DNA from: Flavobacteriaceae bacterium
Lineage (GTDB): Bacteria > Bacteroidota > Bacteroidia > Flavobacteriales > Flavobacteriaceae
Direction: 5' to 3'
DNA: 64,000 nucleotides
NCBI GenBank assembly: GCA_034005285.1
Contig: JAVEUZ010000010.1
Coordinates: forward strand, 619 to 64,618
The notes beneath the pieces were generated by a model. The model made no database searches, was not told where the DNA came from, and saw only the letters and a list, made by a program, of their open reading frames with translations. A program made the position numbers and the translations under genes. Positions 9,301-19,461 of this stretch are shown here, piece after piece (within the stretch, counting starts at the first letter, position 1; each line of letters opens with the position of its first letter).

Positions 9301-12300
9301 CAAAAGTTATTCCGTCTTGACTGTACAGATAAGGTGCTGTTCCACCCGAAGCAGATGCGGTTATCACAGCATTATTAGTACAAGTTAATGAAGTAGTTAA
9401 TGTTAAATCGGCTATTAAATTATTAGGTTCTGTAACAGTAACTGTATTGGTAGTAAAATCACAATCCCATCCGTCAACAATTGAGATGCTGTAAATGCCC
9501 GCACCAAGTCCGTTGAAAGTTGGTGAAGTTTGTGGGGCACCGCTCGACACAATGGTAGTTCCTGTTTCATCATATATATTCAAAATATATTGATAAACAC
9601 CTGCTCCACCCATGACATTTATTACTGAAATTGAGGCATTGCTATCACCATTACACAACAAATTTGTATTGGCTGAGGTCAGATTTGCAGAAATAAATGA
9701 AGGTTGGATTAAAATTACATTTTGAGTAACCAAACATCCGCCTTCATCCTGAACAGTAACAGTATAATTTCCTGAGGTTAATCCGATAAAAATATTATTA
9801 TTGTCAAATGCTTGAACAATAGTTCCCGTCGTATTGTTTTCCAATTGATATTGATAGTTGCCCCAACCCCCATTAGCAGAAGCTACAATCTCACCTGCAT
9901 TATTATTACAGGTTACATCGGCTGTTTGTGCAACACTCAAAATCAAAGGATTCGCTGGAGACGAAACATTTATCACACCTGTGATAGCCGTACAATAAGG
10001 AACATCTGTTGCTTGTACAACAATATGTAGGTTTCCGGCAGGTAAGCCAGAAACAGTCATTGGATTTGAAGATGTATGACTGTTTCCTGAAGCAATAGTG
10101 TTGCCCAGATTGTTTTGCACAATATAATCATAAGCACCGGTAAATCCTTGTACTTCAAAAGTTATAGTTCCGTTGTTTTCGCCAAAACAGATTACTGGTG
10201 TAGAAGAAATAGCAATGGCTTCAATCGTATCAAACGGATCTATAGTAAACGGATTTGACAATTCATAACAACCCGTAACGTTATCGGTTATTTGAAACAC
10301 ATAACTACCGGGTTCAGACAAATTAAATTGGACTGTAAACACACCATTTCCGGGTGTTATAGAAGGAAGAGTTCCAGTTGGAAGTAATTCAAAAGTAAAA
10401 TCTCCTGAACCTCCGATTACTGTTACAGAGACAGTTTCGTCAACATTACAATTAATTGCCGTAAGAGAGCTGACAGTAACAGAAGCAATTTCGGGTAATG
10501 GATTTATTATTACCGGCACTGTGATTTCACAACTATTAGCATCACGAACTGTAACTGTTAGGTTCTGAATACTTCCGTTATCTACTATTTCAAAAGTATT
10601 TGAAGCTACAAAACCACCTCCATTTAGGCTATACAGATACGGAGCTGTGCCACTTGAGTTTCCATTTATATCATCAGAAATAGTAATGGAAACAGTAGAG
10701 GTAGAAACCGTATTATTGGTGTCGCAGGCAAAATCTGTTGCAACAGCCGTTGCTTGAAGTTGCGAAGGCTCTGTAATTGTAATTACATCAGAAGCAGAAC
10801 ATCCTCTACTTGATGTTACGGTGATTGTATATGTTCCTGAAGACAGATTTATAAACACACCGTTATTTTGCACTATCGGACTTGAAACGCCGTCCTCTAA
10901 GGTATAAGTATAAGGTGGGTTATCGTTTAAAGTACCGAGTGTAGCTATAATGCTTCCGTCATTTCCTCCAAAACAGCTCACATTTTCAAATGTTGCCGAA
11001 AAAGTTACAGGAGTAGGATCCGGAATAGTAACCGGAGTCTGAGTTAGACAACCAGTAACCGTGTCTGTTATGATGATTATATAATCTCCGGAAGCTAATC
11101 CTGTTAGAGTCCCTGAGGTTTGGGCAGAAATTATTGGTGTACCCAAAGAATTTTGTAACTCATAGACATAATTTCCTGAACCCCCTATACCGGCAGCAAT
11201 AATTTCGCCATCATTGTTTCCGCACGTTGATAAAGCAGTTATTACCGAGCTAACACTTAACGGAGGATAAATAGTAACCGAAACCATATTTGTACATCCG
11301 TTAGCATCATTGATTGTTATATTATATGTGCCGGATGTAAGTCCGGTTAAGATAAATGTCGTATTGTTTTGGACAGTAAAAGCACCTCCATTTATACTAT
11401 AACTATATGGGGCTATACCATTTTGAATGCGGGTTACTTCAATTTCAAAATTTCCTTGTGTGGCTGTACAAGAATTTGTTACAGTAGCTGTGATTTGAGG
11501 TTCTGAATCTGTTGGAACATGAATTGAAGCCGCCTGAATACAATCATTACTGTCTTTGATGAAAATTATATAATCACCACCTTCTACGTTAAATACGTTT
11601 ACAGATGTTCCTGCCCAAGTATTGACTGTTGGAGCAGGATCTCCCTGAGCTACCAATTGATACTGATACGGAGCAGTACCGTATTGTCCTATTGCCGAAA
11701 TTTGTCCGGCATTTGGCATACAATTGTCATTTTTAATTAATGTTGCAGTAAGTTGTAATAGGTTTGAAGATTCTGTAATTGTAAATGGTGCAGAAGCTGT
11801 GGTACAACCTGAGAATGTTCCGCCATTTTCGGTAAATAAAACAAAATAAGTACCGGGTTCAAGAGGACCAAGACCTGTAACACTTATAGCACTTCCCGTA
11901 AGTGGTGAACTAATTCCACTGATGCTTGTGGCTACATTTGACTGTGCATGATAAACAGTATATGACACACTTGTTGCTCCGATATCATAGTTATCAAATG
12001 TAAAGTTTACATAACCATCATTATTACCTGTACATGATACATTTCCTATCACGTCTATCACAGATGATAATTGTGATGGAGAATTGATAGGCAAATCAGC
12101 TGTTTTGAAATAGTAACAATCTGTTACTAAGTCGTGAACGACAAAAGTGTATATCATACCCGGTATCAATCCTGTAAAAGTTGATGTTTCAGGTGTTCCC
12201 ATATCAGCCGGCTGATAACTACTTGAATAAGGTATCGTATTGGTTTCTAATATTGCAAATTCAAAATTTCCACTACTTACTAATGAAGTTACGGTTATAA

Positions 12301-15300
12301 TTGCCGTACCTCCGTTGATACAATCTGAGGTGGCTGTCGAAACATCTATTAACAAATCATCTGGTGGAGATGCTATAACGATGTTCGGGTTTTGCACAGA
12401 ACATCCATTAGCGTCAACTACATCTACTGCATAAATTCCGAAGTCAAGAATTTGGAAAGCGTGACTTTCGTTTGTAGTTGTTGTATAAGATTGATTGAAA
12501 CCAAAATTATTGGTTACATAATAAGTATAAGGAGCCACACCTCCCGTAACATTTTGAACAATTATTTCTCCATAAGTTGTACCACCGGGATTATTACAAG
12601 TAATATCTACTGTTGCAACGTTATACGTTATTACATTGGGCTCACTAAGTGTAATGGTTGCTGTATCTGTACAAGAATTTACATCTGTTACTGTGATTGT
12701 ATAATTTCCGGCAACTAAACCCGAAGTTTGGTTTCCATAATTTACTCCGGTAGTATTGTTCACTACACTGATAACAAACGGTGGTGTTCCACTAGAATTG
12801 GATAAAACAATAGATATTGCACCTGTTGATTCTCCATTACATAAAATTTCTTGTGTTTGTGTAATAGAAATAATTTCCGGATGAGTAAGCGGATTTACTG
12901 TAATTGTTCCTGTTGTAAAAGTACAGCCTGTAGCATCTGTTATCAAAAATTGATAAGCTCCTGCAGTTGAAGTATTGTATATAAAACTACCACTTACATT
13001 ATTGTTTGCTCCAAAAGGACTTCCATTAATAGAAACTTGCCAGATATACGGTGCCAATCCTCCGGAAATAGCAACATTTATTTCTGCATCAGGCGAAGAG
13101 GTACAATCCAGCCCGCTTACCAAAGATGCTGTTCCTGTAAGTTGCGGTTGTATGGTTTGCGAAATGGTATCGGTACATCCGTAAGCATCTGTTACGGTAA
13201 TGGTATAGCTTCCGGGATTCAGGTTGTTGAAAGTGTTTTGGCTTTGATTTGTTCCGCCGTTCAAGCTGTAAACATAAGGGGCAGTTCCGCCCGAAACGTT
13301 CACTACAAAGGTAGCTCCGTTGGCATCAAAACATAAGTCTGAAGCTGCATCCAAAGAAGCTACCGGGTTTGTAGGAACTACCAAATCAAATGTGTTATTG
13401 ATATCGCAACCATTTGCATCTGTTACGGTTATTGTATAAGTTCCGGGTTGTGTCAGGTTTGTAAAAGTTCCTGAAGTTTGTGGTCCCGAAACACTGTTAT
13501 CGGGTAATGTTAAAGTATATTGATAACTACCCCATCCTCCTGTTGCAGATGCAGTAACATTTCCATTTGATAAACAAGTTATAGGGTTTGAAACTATATT
13601 TATTGCTAAAGCAGTTGTTGGTTCGGCAATAGTTACTGCAGCTGTTGAGGTACAATTTGTTGTAGTATCTGTAACTGTAATAGTATATGTTGAAGCTGGT
13701 AATCCGGTTAACGGAATTGTTGTTACACTGGTATTTGAAACAGAAGCCACAGTAGTTCCTGAACCATTTACAATGGAATAATTGTAAGGATTTGAACTAT
13801 TTACAATAAAAGTAACAGCACCATTTGAATCACCTAAACAAACAACATTGGCCACCAAAACTCCAACAACAGAAATAGGAGTAATTGGATAAATAGTATA
13901 ATTTTCCTGATACGAACATCCGTTAGAATCTGTTACTAAAAAGGTGTAAGTTCCTGCAGATAAATTGGTAAAGGTAGCATTATTTCCGTTATTTACAGCC
14001 TGACCAGACGGGGCTATTATTTCATATACAAACGGAGCATTTCCTCCAACTGTGGTTACCGTTATAGTAGAAGAAAGTGCAGGACACGTTAAAGCAGTTG
14101 CTGTAAAGTTAAGGTCTGTAATTTCATTTAATGGATCAAAAGTTATTGCGTTTGTTGTGGCAATACAGTTGTTAGCATCTCTAATTGTGATGGTATAGGT
14201 TCCGTTAGTCAAACCCGTAAAAGAGGTTGTGGCTCCAAAGGTTATTCCGTCTATACTATATTGATATGGAGGAACTCCTCCGGAAACACTTCCCGCAACA
14301 ATATCAATTGAACCGCTATTTGTAATACAAGTATAATCTTGAATTATTATTGAATTTCCAACAATTGGTGTAGGTTCGGTTATGGTAAAATCATAAGTAA
14401 ATGTACAGGTTCTGTTACCTCTGGTTTGATTTAAATTTACGGTATAATTTCCTGCGGCTAATCCGGTGAAAACTCCAGACGGACCGGTATAAATAACATT
14501 TCCATTTTCATCTAACAATTCGTAAGAAATATTATATCCGTTGGCATTTGTAACTGTAAAATTTATAACACCATCAGAACCACCATTACAAGATACGTTT
14601 TGAACAGATGTATTTACAGTAACATTTGGCATCAAATCAATGGTTACCGGATTTGATAAAGTATAACAGTTGTTACTGTCAACCATGATAAAAACATAAG
14701 TTCCTTGACCTCCAAAATCAATATCAAAAATAACACTGGTTTGATAGTCAGCAGCAGTTGGATTTAATAAAACACCATTATAACTGTAAACAGCATAAAC
14801 ATAAGGAGGTTCTCCACCACTTGAATTCATTTGAATGTTTCCTTCATTACATGAAATATTTTGTGAAACATGTGCGGTGAGGTTTAATGTATTTGGTGTT
14901 AAAGTAACCGTGTCGGTAAATGAACAACCATCATCTGTTGAAACGGTTACTGTATAGGTTCCCGGATTTAGGTTGTTAAATGTATAATCATTATCCTGGA
15001 GCGGTCCAACTGATATTGAAGCAGGACCTGAAATTGTAAAATAATATTGTGGTAATACATTCAACGCTTGTAGCCTTATACTACCAAAACCATTACAATT
15101 TGCATTTTGTGGAATTACATTTACCTGAAAATTATTTTGAATGACACCAATATTCGGGATTTCAAAAACACAACCGTCTTCTACTCCAATTTGCCTGATT
15201 TGCACCAGATATGTGCCTGATTGAGTAATGGTAAATTCTGGATTAGACTGATATGAGACTAAAACGGTATTGGTATTTTGATTTATTAGTTGAAATTCGT

Positions 15301-17566
15301 AATCTACAGGTAGGTTTGTTATAGTTATTGAACCCGCCGTGTCACATATTATGTTGGTTACCGTGTGCTGAATATCTAAAAGGTTTGAAAAAACATTAAA
15401 ATAAAATCTTGTAAAACATCCGTTCTGATAGTTAAAAGTAACTCGATATTGTCCTGCTGTTGTGGCGTTAAAGTTTGGTCCGGTGCCCACTTGCGTCCAT
15501 TCACAAGATGGATTTTTATTAGCACAGTCTTCTACTCCTACCGGCGGACAACTACTTTCGTTTAAAACTTCCCATACGATGCTTTGGGCATCATTTACTC
15601 CGGTTTGTATTAACCGACTATCATTTACTCCACATAAAAATATTAGCGGAAGCTGTTCACCGTCATTCGGACAAACAACAACTTCATCTGCAAACGGAAT
15701 AACCGGATTGGTCTGGGTTTCTCCAAATAGAGTAACGTTAAAGGTTTGTGTAATGCCGATACAAGGAGGTTCTGCCGTATTTATTACCGTATAAACACCC
15801 GGAGATGATACTGTAACACTTTGTGTGTTTCCTATAATATTTCCATTACTGTTAAGCCATTGGTAGCCCACATAACCATTGGCGGCAGTAAGAACAATAT
15901 TATTTCCGCAGAGTATTTCGTTACTTTCAAAAATACAATCATCAATGTCAACCAAAAAATTTGCTGGTCCGGGAAACCCAAATCCGCAGCTGTCTAATCC
16001 GGCAAAACTTGGGTCATCAGATATAGTATTGCTATTTAGAACACCTTGATATGTCGTATAAGCTTGATTTTGTATAATGTTTGAACAAGCATCTTCCAGC
16101 TCGCTGCAAGTAGTAGCCACCTGAACTCTGATTCTAATCGTATAAATGGGATCCCCTATTTCTACCAAATTATCCGGAATTGAGAAAAAGAGTTCTTTGG
16201 TGGCAGGATTATAAGTGTAGGTTACCCCGGGAGCCCCACTTAAATCTACTGAAATAAAATTTGTATTAACGGGTAAAATGTCGCGAATAGTAGAATTTGT
16301 AGAATCATCGTTTCCTATGTTTTGAAACGTAACCACATAGTCTAATACTTGACCCAGGTTGACATTTGCCCCACCAATGTCACTGCCGCCTAAGTCATGA
16401 ACTGTCTTTACCAATTTTATATCGGGTTCAATGATTTCAACATTAAATGCGTTGAAAAACATGAAGTATGTGTCTTGTGTTGAGGTCATTCGCAAGGTTG
16501 CCGCTGTAGAGTTGTTTGGCAACACTTCATTATTCGGGTTGTTGATAGTGATAATATCTGAATCATAACCCAAAGTATTCCGGCTGTTTGGAGTTCTGTC
16601 CAAAAATTCTGTATCAAGAAGCGTAATGCGACTGTTAAAAAAGTTGTTAGCCGGTTTTAAAGCTCCCTGTAAGTTTGTAAATGTAGGAACTGTTGAAGCC
16701 CTGAACAATAATTGGTCTCCTGTAATTCTGTTATCTCCTTCTAATGCAGCCGAAGCCAGTTTTGCCCTTACAGGAAACGGTGGTGGCAGTGTTGTAAATC
16801 CGCTGTATTGAATGTCAGTCTGACCAATGGTTGCACGTACACCGGCAAAACCATCATAAGCAGTGATGTATCTTCCTGTCATCTGAGGATTTTCATAAAC
16901 AAAGAAAATAGTCCATCCTCCAGAGACTCCTCCCCCATTAGAATATCCTTGTGTAGCACGTATGTTTGCTACCGTATATTCTCCTTCCGGATTTGTCAAT
17001 CCGGCGACCAATGAGGTAATGTCTGCAAAACAGGTATATGGACTGTTTGCTATGAAATCAGGATGTGTAAATCCATCAAAAATTATCTCTCCGGAAATGT
17101 TGATATAGTTACCTCCGGGTAATTTGAGTTTTACTTGATTGAAGTCGTTTTCCCGGATATTATCTCCGTTTCCGGGAGCAGTAGAGTATCCGTTATTGAA
17201 TCTGTAAGTGGCAGACCAATACAATCCGGCATAGACAATTTTATTACAACCTTCGTTAGGTAAAGTAAGAACAGCACTACTCGAACTGAAAGTAGTCGGG
17301 TCGCTATCTATATCAACATATCTCATATTGAGGTTGTCGTTGTATTCTGAACTGTTTCCTAATAGATTATAAGGGTCATTTGGATTGCTGTTGTTGTTTT
17401 GCCGATTTACAATACTATTGGCAATTAGCGTCATGTCACCCTTGAGGCTATTTTCATAACGAACTGTAAAAGGAACAGCTACCTGTGCAGATACAGTCAG
17501 GGTCATTAATAGCAAACCAGTAAGTAGGTATAAGGTTTGCCGTTTTGGTGTTTTTGGGGCTTTCAT
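6329..17566 (-). CDS. sprB: SprB-like gliding-motility adhesin with T9SS type B C-terminal domain (3745 aa)
   Basis: Signal peptide, DUF11-like module (IKLVKTV...YVVTFQNIGND), many SprB repeats (V.C.G..DG.I......GG..PY.Y), type-B CTD IPNFFTPNDDGENDVW...LPTGDYWY, and sprC-sprD-X-sprF synteny. Confidence 0.9.
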   Translation of the reverse strand: MKAPKTPKRQTLYLLTGLLLMTLTVSAQVAVPFTVRYENSLKGDMTLIANSIVNRQNNNSNPNDPYNLLGNSSEYNDNLNMRYVDIDSDPTTFSSSSAVLTLPNEGCNKIVYAGLYWSATYRFNNGYSTAPGNGDNIRENDFNQVKLKLPGGNYINISGEIIFDGFTHPDFIANSPYTCFADITSLVAGLTNPEGEYTVANIRATQGYSNGGGVSGGWTIFFVYENPQMTGRYITAYDGFAGVRATIGQTDIQYSGFTTLPPPFPVRAKLASAALEGDNRITGDQLLFRASTVPTFTNLQGALKPANNFFNSRITLLDTEFLDRTPNSRNTLGYDSDIITINNPNNEVLPNNSTAATLRMTSTQDTYFMFFNAFNVEIIEPDIKLVKTVHDLGGSDIGGANVNLGQVLDYVVTFQNIGNDDSTNSTIRDILPVNTNFISVDLSGAPGVTYTYNPATKELFFSIPDNLVEIGDPIYTIRIRVQVATTCSELEDACSNIIQNQAYTTYQGVLNSNTISDDPSFAGLDSCGFGFPGPANFLVDIDDCIFESNEILCGNNIVLTAANGYVGYQWLNSNGNIIGNTQSVTVSSPGVYTVINTAEPPCIGITQTFNVTLFGETQTNPVIPFADEVVVCPNDGEQLPLIFLCGVNDSRLIQTGVNDAQSIVWEVLNESSCPPVGVEDCANKNPSCEWTQVGTGPNFNATTAGQYRVTFNYQNGCFTRFYFNVFSNLLDIQHTVTNIICDTAGSITITNLPVDYEFQLINQNTNTVLVSYQSNPEFTITQSGTYLVQIRQIGVEDGCVFEIPNIGVIQNNFQVNVIPQNANCNGFGSIRLQALNVLPQYYFTISGPASISVGPLQDNDYTFNNLNPGTYTVTVSTDDGCSFTDTVTLTPNTLNLTAHVSQNISCNEGNIQMNSSGGEPPYVYAVYSYNGVLLNPTAADYQTSVIFDIDFGGQGTYVFIMVDSNNCYTLSNPVTIDLMPNVTVNTSVQNVSCNGGSDGVINFTVTNANGYNISYELLDENGNVIYTGPSGVFTGLAAGNYTVNLNQTRGNRTCTFTYDFTITEPTPIVGNSIIIQDYTCITNSGSIDIVAGSVSGGVPPYQYSIDGITFGATTSFTGLTNGTYTITIRDANNCIATTNAITFDPLNEITDLNFTATALTCPALSSTITVTTVGGNAPFVYEIIAPSGQAVNNGNNATFTNLSAGTYTFLVTDSNGCSYQENYTIYPITPISVVGVLVANVVCLGDSNGAVTFIVNSSNPYNYSIVNGSGTTVASVSNTSVTTIPLTGLPASTYTITVTDTTTNCTSTAAVTIAEPTTALAINIVSNPITCLSNGNVTASATGGWGSYQYTLTLPDNSVSGPQTSGTFTNLTQPGTYTITVTDANGCDINNTFDLVVPTNPVASLDAASDLCFDANGATFVVNVSGGTAPYVYSLNGGTNQSQNTFNNLNPGSYTITVTDAYGCTDTISQTIQPQLTGTASLVSGLDCTSSPDAEINVAISGGLAPYIWQVSINGSPFGANNNVSGSFIYNTSTAGAYQFLITDATGCTFTTGTITVNPLTHPEIISITQTQEILCNGESTGAISIVLSNSSGTPPFVISVVNNTTGVNYGNQTSGLVAGNYTITVTDVNSCTDTATITLSEPNVITYNVATVDITCNNPGGTTYGEIIVQNVTGGVAPYTYYVTNNFGFNQSYTTTTNESHAFQILDFGIYAVDVVDANGCSVQNPNIVIASPPDDLLIDVSTATSDCINGGTAIITVTSLVSSGNFEFAILETNTIPYSSSYQPADMGTPETSTFTGLIPGMIYTFVVHDLVTDCYYFKTADLPINSPSQLSSVIDVIGNVSCTGNNDGYVNFTFDNYDIGATSVSYTVYHAQSNVATSISGISSPLTGSAISVTGLGPLEPGTYFVLFTENGGTFSGCTTASAPFTITESSNLLQLTATLIKNDNCMPNAGQISAIGQYGTAPYQYQLVAQGDPAPTVNTWAGTSVNVFNVEGGDYIIFIKDSNDCIQAASIHVPTDSEPQITATVTNSCTATQGNFEIEVTRIQNGIAPYSYSINGGAFTVQNNTTFILTGLTSGTYNITINDANGCTNMVSVTIYPPLSVSSVITALSTCGNNDGEIIAAGIGGSGNYVYELQNSLGTPIISAQTSGTLTGLASGDYIIIITDTVTGCLTQTPVTIPDPTPVTFSATFENVSCFGGNDGSIIATLGTLNDNPPYTYTLEDGVSSPIVQNNGVFINLSSGTYTITVTSSRGCSASDVITITEPSQLQATAVATDFACDTNNTVSTSTVSITISDDINGNSSGTAPYLYSLNGGGFVASNTFEIVDNGSIQNLTVTVRDANSCEITVPVIINPLPEIASVTVSSLTAINCNVDETVSVTVIGGSGDFTFELLPTGTLPSITPGNGVFTVQFNLSEPGSYVFQITDNVTGCYELSNPFTIDPFDTIEAIAISSTPVICFGENNGTITFEVQGFTGAYDYIVQNNLGNTIASGNSHTSSNPMTVSGLPAGNLHIVVQATDVPYCTAITGVINVSSPANPLILSVAQTADVTCNNNAGEIVASANGGWGNYQYQLENNTTGTIVQAFDNNNIFIGLTSGNYTVTVQDEGGCLVTQNVILIQPSFISANLTSANTNLLCNGDSNASISVINVMGGAGVYQYILNIYDETGTTIVSSGAPQTSPTFNGLGAGIYSISIVDGWDCDFTTNTVTVTEPNNLIADLTLTTSLTCTNNAVITASASGGTAPYLYSQDGITFGTQNVFNVGSGSYQIFVRDANNCSAVLSNQIDINPIPVLELNLNLNSANINCYGESTAVIIADASGGLGNYSYTLLDSANNVLSGPQTSGLFTGLPAGSYIVKVDSNDCNVVSQIITITDPDSLMIADLTVNSVLCHGGTNGSVQVTGTGGTGIIQYAISPNLNQFVNSGSFNNLAPGNYTIIVQDQVGCFILLDVEITEPEPLVADVDNVMQELCLGDSNGSFDVIITGGTAPYATSLNNPDPANFVDNQLSFSGLSGGQDYFIFIRDANGCETIAYVFLNHPVEVIPGFSISYECINNVPSNSVTITVNQDVALDVQYSLDGSPYQTDNVFYNLTSGNHTVSVQHTNGCIKTIDLNIDENTPLNLDLSNITHVSCFGESTGGITALTTGGTGTILFAISPNLTDFGSENTFSNLAAGTYTIVATDEIGCTVSQDIIITQPDEIDIIVSDIVQELCTEDQNASITIAISGGVAPYETSLNNTNNFVAGQLTFTGLTGGQTHTIYVRDANNCIVSIPVILNAPVTLNPVVNIDYNCNNNMVGNTVTVTVAQDVTYSLNGGTFQSDGEFTDVAVGNHTITVKHANGCEKTVDFIITQSTPITASANTTDVSCNGTHTGSIVVTASGGVAPLEFAISPNLSDFGNSNVFNNLTAGNYTVIVRDNIGCEFSLNITIDQPDALVVATANIEQDICLGDNLGSIDVSVTGGTAPYSTSLNQNGTYIINQFEFDNLAGGQTYTVYVRDANGCETSVSVTLNPTIDIRAEVDVLYGCLSNNNENTVVVSVNPSISGVVTYSLDGSPFQNSNEFTNLSNGSHTVLVMHPNGCSDQVTFTIQNYTPLSLTLAETGMNEITATATGGYGNYTYFINGLPNGSNNVFQIFQTGNYVITVRDSMGCEAEAVIYIEFIDIDIPNFFTPNDDGENDVWHPTNMEGFPRISITVHDRYGRNIIKFGQNGSWDGKYKGQELPTGDYWYTISLDDGREIVGNVTLYR

Positions 17567-17574
17567 AATGGGGC

Positions 17575-19461
17575 TTATTTAATGTTGATATTCATAATCC
17601 AAATCGTCTCAAAATATGTATTATCTACGTTGGTGTAGTAAGATATTAGGGCATCGTTCCAACTGTTGTATTTTTTTATATATACATATCTGAAATTATT
17701 TTTTGGGTTGATAAAATAATTAGCTTTTACTCCTTTCTTTTTCAACTGTTGTAAAAACTGGTCTGCAAAAGAAGGTTCAGAAAATACATTGGCAATAATG
17801 TAAAATCCGGGTTCTTGATTGGGTACTTCCAAAAAATTTCGCTTGGCAGTAGCACGTTGTTTTGTGGTTAGTTTAGAATAATACTCCTTAATCTCTTCAT
17901 CTGTCAAAGAGAATTTTTGACTGTTCTTTTCGCTCGGTGACTCTAAGGAGGCAAGTTTTGAGGCAAGGTCTTGTTTGTCTTCATGATTTTTGGTGTTTTG
18001 GGTTTTTATTATGGTTTGCTTTGATTCTTGTTTAGAACTATTTGTTTTATCAGTTCCAGAAACAGGTTTTACAGAAGTTATGGTTTCTGTTGTTATTGTG
18101 GTTTCTGTTGTTTCTACACAATTACAATCGTCTTTATCAGCTTTTTCGGCTATAGTTCTCTCTAATCTTTCTATATATTCTGTCATATTTTTGATTCTGT
18201 TCTCAAAATCTTCTTTCCTCATCTTTTCAACAGACTCTTGTTCTAATAGCATATCGAGCAGTTTGGTATGATTTTCATCTAAAGTCATACGGAGTTTTTC
18301 AATCTCTACTTCTTTTTCCAAGTTTTCAGAACTTTTTCTGTTTGAATGTTCTTCAGAAACATAACTTTTTTCGACTATAGAAACTTTAGAGTTTTTTGCG
18401 GATGGTCGTCTTACAACAGTTTCTTCATAATTAATATCATCTTCATCTGATATTATTTCTTCTCGAATTATCATTTTTTTTGTAACGATATTTTCTTCTT
18501 TGGAGCTGTTATCAAATCTGATGTTTTGATGTTTTGATGTCTTATGTGGAAATCGAAAAGATAGCGTTATTTCATGTGTAGGTCCTAAGTTTACCAATCC
18601 GTCATTGATAACTCTTTCATAAACATAACCCAAAGACAATCTGTTTGTTAAGTGTCCGCCTGCTCCAATGCTAATACCGTAATAATCATCAATTCCGGTT
18701 TGAATCCACCCTAAGTATGGAAAATTTAGCAAGACAGAACCACCGTATTTAAAGTCCTCAACCGGATTGAGTTTTCCTCTGAACATGAGTCTAAAAAATC
18801 CGTCTTCAAAAATGCCACTTCGTGTATTCATCTGATGATGATACATGATATGTCCCGAATAGGTTTTTTTGGAATAATCTTTAACCATTTCACTCGATTT
18901 AAAGTCATAATCCACAAGGTTTTCTGCATAAAACCCTACGTCAAAACTTCCCATTGTTATATTGATACCGGGTTTTAGCGTGAGAAGTGAATTGTTGGTA
19001 AGCGATAAAATTAATGGGTCGGGTTCGTTTGTTACAGCCCGATTTCTGTTTACGCCACTTGTATAGTAGGCAAGGTTAAAACCGGCAGATAAAAATATTT
19101 TTTCGTATAACTGAATGCGATAGCTAAAATTACCGATACCTCCAAAACTGGTTATAATACCTAAATTTTGCTGATAAATCCCGATTCCTACACCCGAATG
19201 CTCTCCAAACCGCCCCGAATAGGAGAGCATATACAACTCGGGCGAGTCATCAAATTGTATCCACTGGTTTCTGTGATATAGCGTAAGATGAGAATCTTCT
19301 TCCCTCACAACAGAAAAGTTTGGATTCATCAGAAATCGGTTAAATTGTAGCGTGTTTTGTGTAGGGATGTTAAAAGTAAGCACAGGACTGTCTTGTGCCA
19401 AAGTTATGTTTGGCACTAAAGCAAAAAATAATAACAGTAATATGTACTTATTCAACTTCAT
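17575..19461 (-). CDS. sprD: SprD-like protein: PorP/SprF barrel plus coiled-coil and SPOR-like C-terminal extension
   Basis: N-terminal ~300 aa carry PorP/SprF motifs (FNRFLMNP, RNQWIQF, GPTHEITL). These are followed by a charged helical region and a GFYIIANVFS...YVY domain. Positioned between sprC and sprB. Confidence 0.8.
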   Translation of the reverse strand: MKLNKYILLLLFFALVPNITLAQDSPVLTFNIPTQNTLQFNRFLMNPNFSVVREEDSHLTLYHRNQWIQFDDSPELYMLSYSGRFGEHSGVGIGIYQQNLGIITSFGGIGNFSYRIQLYEKIFLSAGFNLAYYTSGVNRNRAVTNEPDPLILSLTNNSLLTLKPGINITMGSFDVGFYAENLVDYDFKSSEMVKDYSKKTYSGHIMYHHQMNTRSGIFEDGFFRLMFRGKLNPVEDFKYGGSVLLNFPYLGWIQTGIDDYYGISIGAGGHLTNRLSLGYVYERVINDGLVNLGPTHEITLSFRFPHKTSKHQNIRFDNSSKEENIVTKKMIIREEIISDEDDINYEETVVRRPSAKNSKVSIVEKSYVSEEHSNRKSSENLEKEVEIEKLRMTLDENHTKLLDMLLEQESVEKMRKEDFENRIKNMTEYIERLERTIAEKADKDDCNCVETTETTITTETITSVKPVSGTDKTNSSKQESKQTIIKTQNTKNHEDKQDLASKLASLESPSEKNSQKFSLTDEEIKEYYSKLTTKQRATAKRNFLEVPNQEPGFYIIANVFSEPSFADQFLQQLKKKGVKANYFINPKNNFRYVYIKKYNSWNDALISYYTNVDNTYFETIWIMNINIK

